Under the pieces are notes generated by a model. The model was not told the DNA's origin and did no database searches. It saw only the letters and a list, made by a program, of their open reading frames with translations. From positions 1 to 33,254 of the forward strand of contig DXJL01000192.1 in assembly GCA_019057635.1 (NCBI GenBank): a stretch of 33,254 nucleotides of DNA, given 5' to 3'. Shown here in pieces: positions 28,926-33,254 of the stretch (position 1 is the first letter of the stretch; every line of letters begins with the position of its first letter). The position numbers were made by a program, and so were the translations under genes. Origin of the DNA: Candidatus Heimdallarchaeota archaeon (GTDB taxonomy: Archaea; Asgardarchaeota; Heimdallarchaeia; Hodarchaeales; Hodarchaeaceae).

Positions 28926-29582
28926 CTAATTTAATGCAAGGCGAACCTTTTCCATTAAAGCCTGAGGAGGAACACCACCCACTACATCCCATGAATCATT
29001 AATTACTGTCTTAGGCACCCCTTGGACTTGGTACTTCATAGATAACTCTTGAAATTCAGTAGCTTCAACCATATCAGCGATGATATTTTCATTGAGCATG
29101 GCTAGCTTGAATGCATTCAGTACAGCAGTTGGACAATAAGGGCAAGTGGGAGTTACGAAAACTTGTAAGTGGAGAGGTTTATCAATTGCTTTAATCTCTT
29201 CAACTAGTTCGGGTTCTAAATCTGAACCATTGGTTTTTCCAGACATAATGATACTTTCAATTAAACTTCCGAATTCATAACCAGAGGGAATTCCATAAAA
29301 GCGGATTAATCCTTTGCTTTGACCTTCGACCACAATAGCGGGATGCCGTTCGATTTTCCATTTCTTAGCTTCTTCGCTGTTGATATCGCATTCACATAAT
29401 TTTAATGTCACTTTGTCGGATTGAGCAGTTACTTGCTGGACTAAGTTTAAGGTTTCATTGCACAATAAACAATGATCTCTTTTAGTAAACATGTGGAGTG
29501 TAACGTCTGTTTCAATGGTTTGAAACATACCTTTAATTTCGTTTAAAATTTTATCTTCTATCTTAACTTTATGCTCAGACAT
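28926..29582 (-). CDS. Protein disulfide oxidoreductase (PDO, double thioredoxin/glutaredoxin fold)
   Basis: CLLC and CPYC motifs, FYGIPSGYEF, VQGVPKTVIN. ATG 29582 follows AGGTGA; the ORF track starts at 29603. Confidence 0.92.
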   Translation of the reverse strand: MSEHKVKIEDKILNEIKGMFQTIETDVTLHMFTKRDHCLLCNETLNLVQQVTAQSDKVTLKLCECDINSEEAKKWKIERHPAIVVEGQSKGLIRFYGIPSGYEFGSLIESIIMSGKTNGSDLEPELVEEIKAIDKPLHLQVFVTPTCPYCPTAVLNAFKLAMLNENIIADMVEATEFQELSMKYQVQGVPKTVINDSWDVVGGVPPQALMEKVRLALN

Positions 29583-29631
29583 GATGTTTTCACCTTGAGT
29601 CATCGATGTAAAGAGTTCTTTATAAATATTG

Positions 29632-29683
29632 TTATTCTTGAATATTCAAATAAACATATATATAGCTATGTGTATATTGTTTA
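29632..29683. promoter_or_regulatory. Palindromic candidate operators in the divergent pdo/arsR promoter
   Basis: Perfect palindrome TTGAATATTCAA (29638-29649) and an imperfect inverted repeat TAAACATATATATAG/CTATGTGTATATTGTTTA (29651-29683). Confidence 0.5.
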
Positions 29684-29694
29684 CATGAACGCAA

Positions 29695-30015
29695 ATGACA
29701 AATAAGTTGGATCCATCTTCCTCTGAACATGAAATGGCTACACTAATGTTACAGGCAGAACTATGTCAGTCGTTAACACATCCATTGCGCCTGAAAATTC
29801 TTAAAATTCTGAGCAAGGGAAAGAAAAATGTTTCACAGATAATGGAGGAGACTCAGAAACCTCAACCGTTCATTTCACAACATTTGAAAGTTTTACGGGA
29901 AAAAAAAGTAGTAATTACAGAGCGTGAAGGGAATGAGGTTTACTATTCTCTCTCTGATCCGAAAATTGAAAAAATTTGTGCTCTTGTTGCAGAATTGATC
30001 AAGAATCAAGAATGA
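29695..30015 (+). CDS. ArsR/SmtB-family transcriptional regulator
   Basis: LTHPLRLKILKIL, QPFISQHLKVLR, REGNEVYYSL. Confidence 0.92.
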   Translation: MTNKLDPSSSEHEMATLMLQAELCQSLTHPLRLKILKILSKGKKNVSQIMEETQKPQPFISQHLKVLREKKVVITEREGNEVYYSLSDPKIEKICALVAELIKNQE

Positions 30016-30335
30016 AATGACAAATTTGTGCTTTTATACATCGAAGGAAGGGAATAATAATTCTCAAGCTTTTTCATACGAATATTTCTTCCATATCTAA
30101 TCTGTAAGGATGATTCTCCTACTTTAGAGCATGAAGACTCCGACTTAAATAATAATTAAATTTCAACAGATCGTAAAAATGGGGAATTCAAAATTCATTG
30201 AGTTTTAGTGACTTATTTTCTATTATTGAAAGAATCGATTTCGATTTTTGAGCAGAAGTTTTTTATCATTTGATTAATTCGACCTTTTTATTAATGAAGT
30301 TTTTGTTTAGGACAGCTTTCAGGTTATGATAGTCA

Positions 30336-31055
30336 ATGAGAGATTACGTGGTACTTCGTGGGGCTATTTGGACAGAGTTTGACGAGCATCGTGGTGCAAA
30401 TCCCGTTGCTTCAACTCCTAATCAGCTTTCCGATGAAATTGTTTTCAGTATTTCCCTCCGTGGAATGTCTGTATTTTCGAGCCGCCCTACTAATATTTCT
30501 TATTCCAAAATGATTGCTACTATACCCTTCCCAGAATACGAGTTGTTTTCAGTATCCACCGTACTTTATGAATATTCTGAGGGTAGTAGGGGTGGGTTTA
30601 CTATTAATTTAATTTCAATTCTTATACCAGCTTTTTTTATGCAGAATTCATGGGTGGATCTTCGTCAAATTCAAGCCATATTACAGCAGTATTTTGCTAC
30701 ATATGAAGGTGCTCCAGTTGAAGATAAAGAAGCTGTTATTACCGCAATCGCCTCCGCCATCGATAAGATTCTACAAAGAAAACTTGAAGTCATTAATCAG
30801 GGAGAAAAAATACGCACTCAGCTGAATCATTATCTGGATTCATATCATGTACTCTCACTCAAGCAAGAGGAACAGCAGTTAATCAAAACGCGTGTAACAA
30901 CGCTCATTCTGTTACTTGATCGAGTCCTAGAGGCGGGAGATAACGATCGTATACAGCGAGCCATCCAGCGAATGAACTTCATTCTCGAGCAGGAATTAAG
31001 CGAGGAGCTGATAATGATGTATCAGCAATCGCTTAGTCGTTTAATCACGTTATAA
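30336..31055 (+). CDS. uDENN/longin-like domain protein with a helical C-terminus (Asgard eukaryotic-signature type)
   Basis: EFDEHRGANP..P (compare FDxxxGP..P of NPR2/uDENN), IPFP, and SRGG...ISIL (compare the ARG motif of folliculin-type longins). Confidence 0.6.
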   Translation: MRDYVVLRGAIWTEFDEHRGANPVASTPNQLSDEIVFSISLRGMSVFSSRPTNISYSKMIATIPFPEYELFSVSTVLYEYSEGSRGGFTINLISILIPAFFMQNSWVDLRQIQAILQQYFATYEGAPVEDKEAVITAIASAIDKILQRKLEVINQGEKIRTQLNHYLDSYHVLSLKQEEQQLIKTRVTTLILLLDRVLEAGDNDRIQRAIQRMNFILEQELSEELIMMYQQSLSRLITL

Positions 31056-31152
31056 AGTGATACTAGCGTAATTTTCGTTTTCTCAGGAAGGCTAGTCCCA
31101 ATCCAAAGATAATAACATAGCTGAAAGAGAAAGAAAAAAGGATGAATTTGCG

Positions 31153-31953
31153 TTAAAATGCAAATTCTCGTTTATGAAAGATTGTAAGAGCACTAATAAG
31201 AGCCAAGATTCCAATAGTACCAATAATGATTACTTCACCTATTGGTAACATACTTGCTTGTTGAATAGCTCCGAGACTGAAGTAATTAAACAGGGAGAAC
31301 GCTTCAAAATTGCCTAATCCTGCTAACATTCCCCCCATACTATCTAGGAAATATTGACCACCAATTATAATTCCTGCTGCGGCCAAAGATCTGTTCGAGT
31401 CTAGGAAAATTGTAGCACAGAGTAATGAAATAGCTCCCAAGGTAAATAGTAGAATATAAAATCCTAATGAATAATTAAGGACAAGAGATGTCGTAAGTGT
31501 CTCACCTAAAAAAGTAGTTGCCCCTAACATGATTCCTACCATGGAAATAGGAATTATTAGACTATATGTGAGATAAACACTGAATTTCTCCAATAAGTAT
31601 CTCCATCTAGGGATAGGTAAGCTTAACATAATATCAAAAGTGTTTTTATCAATCTCAGTTGATAATAAGCGCGCTGGGATGAAGATTGCAACGAAGAGCA
31701 ACAAAATATTCATTGTTCCCCCTGCATACATGAATAACGCAGCTTCCCAAGTGGCTCCTAATCCAGACAGCCCCAGATCACCTAATATAGCTTTCATTAT
31801 AGGATTATCCATAGTTTCAAGTCTTTGCAGAATTAATTCTTGCATTGAAGGCCATCCTATTGCAATTGTTCCCACAAATCCAATGATTACTAATGGAGGA
31901 ATAATTCCTGTTAACCATGATTTTTTTAAGTTTTTTAAATACACATAGACCAT
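31153..31953 (-). CDS. ABC-2 type transporter permease
   Basis: EIDKNTFDIMLSLPIPRWRYLLEK motif, about six TM helices, C-terminal FHKREF. Confidence 0.9.
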   Translation of the reverse strand: MVYVYLKNLKKSWLTGIIPPLVIIGFVGTIAIGWPSMQELILQRLETMDNPIMKAILGDLGLSGLGATWEAALFMYAGGTMNILLLFVAIFIPARLLSTEIDKNTFDIMLSLPIPRWRYLLEKFSVYLTYSLIIPISMVGIMLGATTFLGETLTTSLVLNYSLGFYILLFTLGAISLLCATIFLDSNRSLAAAGIIIGGQYFLDSMGGMLAGLGNFEAFSLFNYFSLGAIQQASMLPIGEVIIIGTIGILALISALTIFHKREFAF

Positions 31954-31976
31954 TTATTTCACCTTTACTAGAATTG

Positions 31977-32915
31977 TTAATAATATTGCATGAAAATCTC
32001 TTCGAGATCTGCATCTTCACATGTAAAACGTTTAATATTATAATTTGAGAGAAATTTGAGTACTTGCGTAACATCCTCTCCGATTTTTAATTTGTAAGTA
32101 TGAGTTTTAATCCTTTCAACCGAGATGACACTTGTTAATTGTTTGAAGTCTTCTTCGGAGGGGGCCACATCATCTAGAAACTGGACCAGTACATTTTGTA
32201 GAAATTTTGCTTTCAATGCATCGACTGCTTCCACAAGGATCATTTCACCATTACGGATGATTCCCACTCGATCGCAAATGGATTGGACCTCTGCTAAATC
32301 GTGTGAACTAAGAAATATTGTAACTCCTTCATTTTGAAGTTTTTTCAATATTTTATGAAAATTTGCCGTCATTAATGGGTCAAGACCACTTGTGGGTTCA
32401 TCTAATATTAAAAGAGAAGGTTTAGACGCCATGACCGCAATAAGGCCTGCTTGTTGCCGATTACCTTTCGACAGAGACTTTATTTTCTTATGAAGTTTTA
32501 CTCTGAATAGAGTTTTGAGCTCTTGAAGGAATTCTTGATCAATTGGACGAAATCTACCAAAATACTTAATGAGTTCTTCTCCTGTAAAATCCTCAAATAA
32601 AGCCATATCTCCTGGGACATAGCCAATTCGCTTTCGAATTTCAACTCGATCTTTTCGATGATCAAAGTTCAAAATTCCTATACTTCCAGTTTCGGGTTTT
32701 AAATAGTCCAAAATTACTCGCATAATTGTTGTTTTTCCAGCTCCATTTGGACCCAAAAAACCGAAAATTTCGCCTTTCTTGATTTGAAAGCTTACCTTAT
32801 AAGCGCCTCTAACTTGTCGACCAAATGTTATTCGATCTCCAAGGCGTATCTCACGACCGTAAATCTTAGTTAAATTTGAAACTTGAATTACTGTCTCAGA
32901 AATATTTTCTGTCAC
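31977..32915 (-). CDS. ABC-2 type transporter ATP-binding protein
   Basis: Walker A GPNGAGKTT, signature LSKGNRQ, Walker B LILDEPT, SSH switch. Confidence 0.95.
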   Translation of the reverse strand: MTENISETVIQVSNLTKIYGREIRLGDRITFGRQVRGAYKVSFQIKKGEIFGFLGPNGAGKTTIMRVILDYLKPETGSIGILNFDHRKDRVEIRKRIGYVPGDMALFEDFTGEELIKYFGRFRPIDQEFLQELKTLFRVKLHKKIKSLSKGNRQQAGLIAVMASKPSLLILDEPTSGLDPLMTANFHKILKKLQNEGVTIFLSSHDLAEVQSICDRVGIIRNGEMILVEAVDALKAKFLQNVLVQFLDDVAPSEEDFKQLTSVISVERIKTHTYKLKIGEDVTQVLKFLSNYNIKRFTCEDADLEEIFMQYY

Positions 32916-33155
32916 TTTTAATTTCTCCGTTTTTGATTTCTTGATGTTTTGTATTTGTTTCCTGTTCTCTCAGGTTAATTGCATAACTGACGCAACATTT
33001 GAAATTCATGCCATACATAATATCTATAACTTATAAATCTTTTCGTAAATTCAAAAATTCAAAAAAACAAAAATTCCAAAAAGTTAAAAACAATATTATA
33101 AAACGTTTTAATAGAGTAAATTGAAGTAATCATGATTTTCTCGGGAGAAGTAATC

Positions 33156-33254
33156 ATGTCCACCAATCAAGATCCATTTTTGAAGCTAAAAAACGACTAT
33201 TTGAACTTTATAGCCCAAGCAAACAAATCTTTAGGGTATAATCCATATCTAAAA
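33156..33254 (+). CDS. Partial ORF running off the window, possibly a transcriptional regulator divergent from the ABC-2 operon
   Basis: MSTNQDPFLKLKNDYLNFIAQANKSLGYNPYLK... is open to the edge, with GGAG upstream. Function is inferred from context only. Confidence 0.5.
   Translation, partial: MSTNQDPFLKLKNDYLNFIAQANKSLGYNPYLK

Noticed and set aside
30016-30335. 320-nt gap as an ncRNA or small gene
   Set aside because: AT-rich with only short ORFs, and no convincing structure or motif.
28534-32337. ORFs 28534-28776, 28719-28934, 31640-31948, 31817-32074 and 32125-32337
   Set aside because: Shadows of the thioredoxin and ABC transporter genes.
32896-33018. 40-aa minus-strand ORF (MYGMNFKCCVSY...) as a leader peptide of the ABC operon
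   Set aside because: No attenuator structure or homology evident; could be chance.

Overview
AT-rich archaeal chromosomal window, most consistent with an Asgard archaeon (probably Heimdallarchaeia/Hodarchaeales-like). This is inferred from carS, an LLM (probably F420-dependent) oxidoreductase, an archaeal PDO, a multi-PAS sensor and a uDENN/longin-type eukaryotic-signature protein. Gene content: DUF1684; a three-gene phospholipid operon (YdjM-like hydrolase, CDP-alcohol phosphatidyltransferase, CarS); a trmO/tsaA remnant; a GyrI-like fusion; DinB; LLM oxidoreductase; DUF438-hemerythrin-PAS; a CadC/CadA metal-efflux unit with its operator; RNase III; a HAD hydrolase; a five-PAS kinase-like protein; gdhA divergent from a receiver/PPDK-ATP-grasp/His-swivel protein; beta-carbonic anhydrase; a TlyA-like methyltransferase; tldD/tldE; a solitary DUF1156 DNA methylase; two thioredoxin-fold proteins with a divergent ArsR; and an ABC-2 transporter. 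Most notable: (1) a TnpB-type omega/reRNA scaffold at the left edge with no tnpB upstream but an apparent TATA box of its own; (2) the gdhA-linked REC-REC-ATP-grasp-His protein, a possible non-canonical phosphorelay; (3) a possible -1 frameshift (A AAA AAC) in the carbonic anhydrase 5' end; (4) unannotated small ORFs. All family assignments are by motif recognition by eye; no database search was run.
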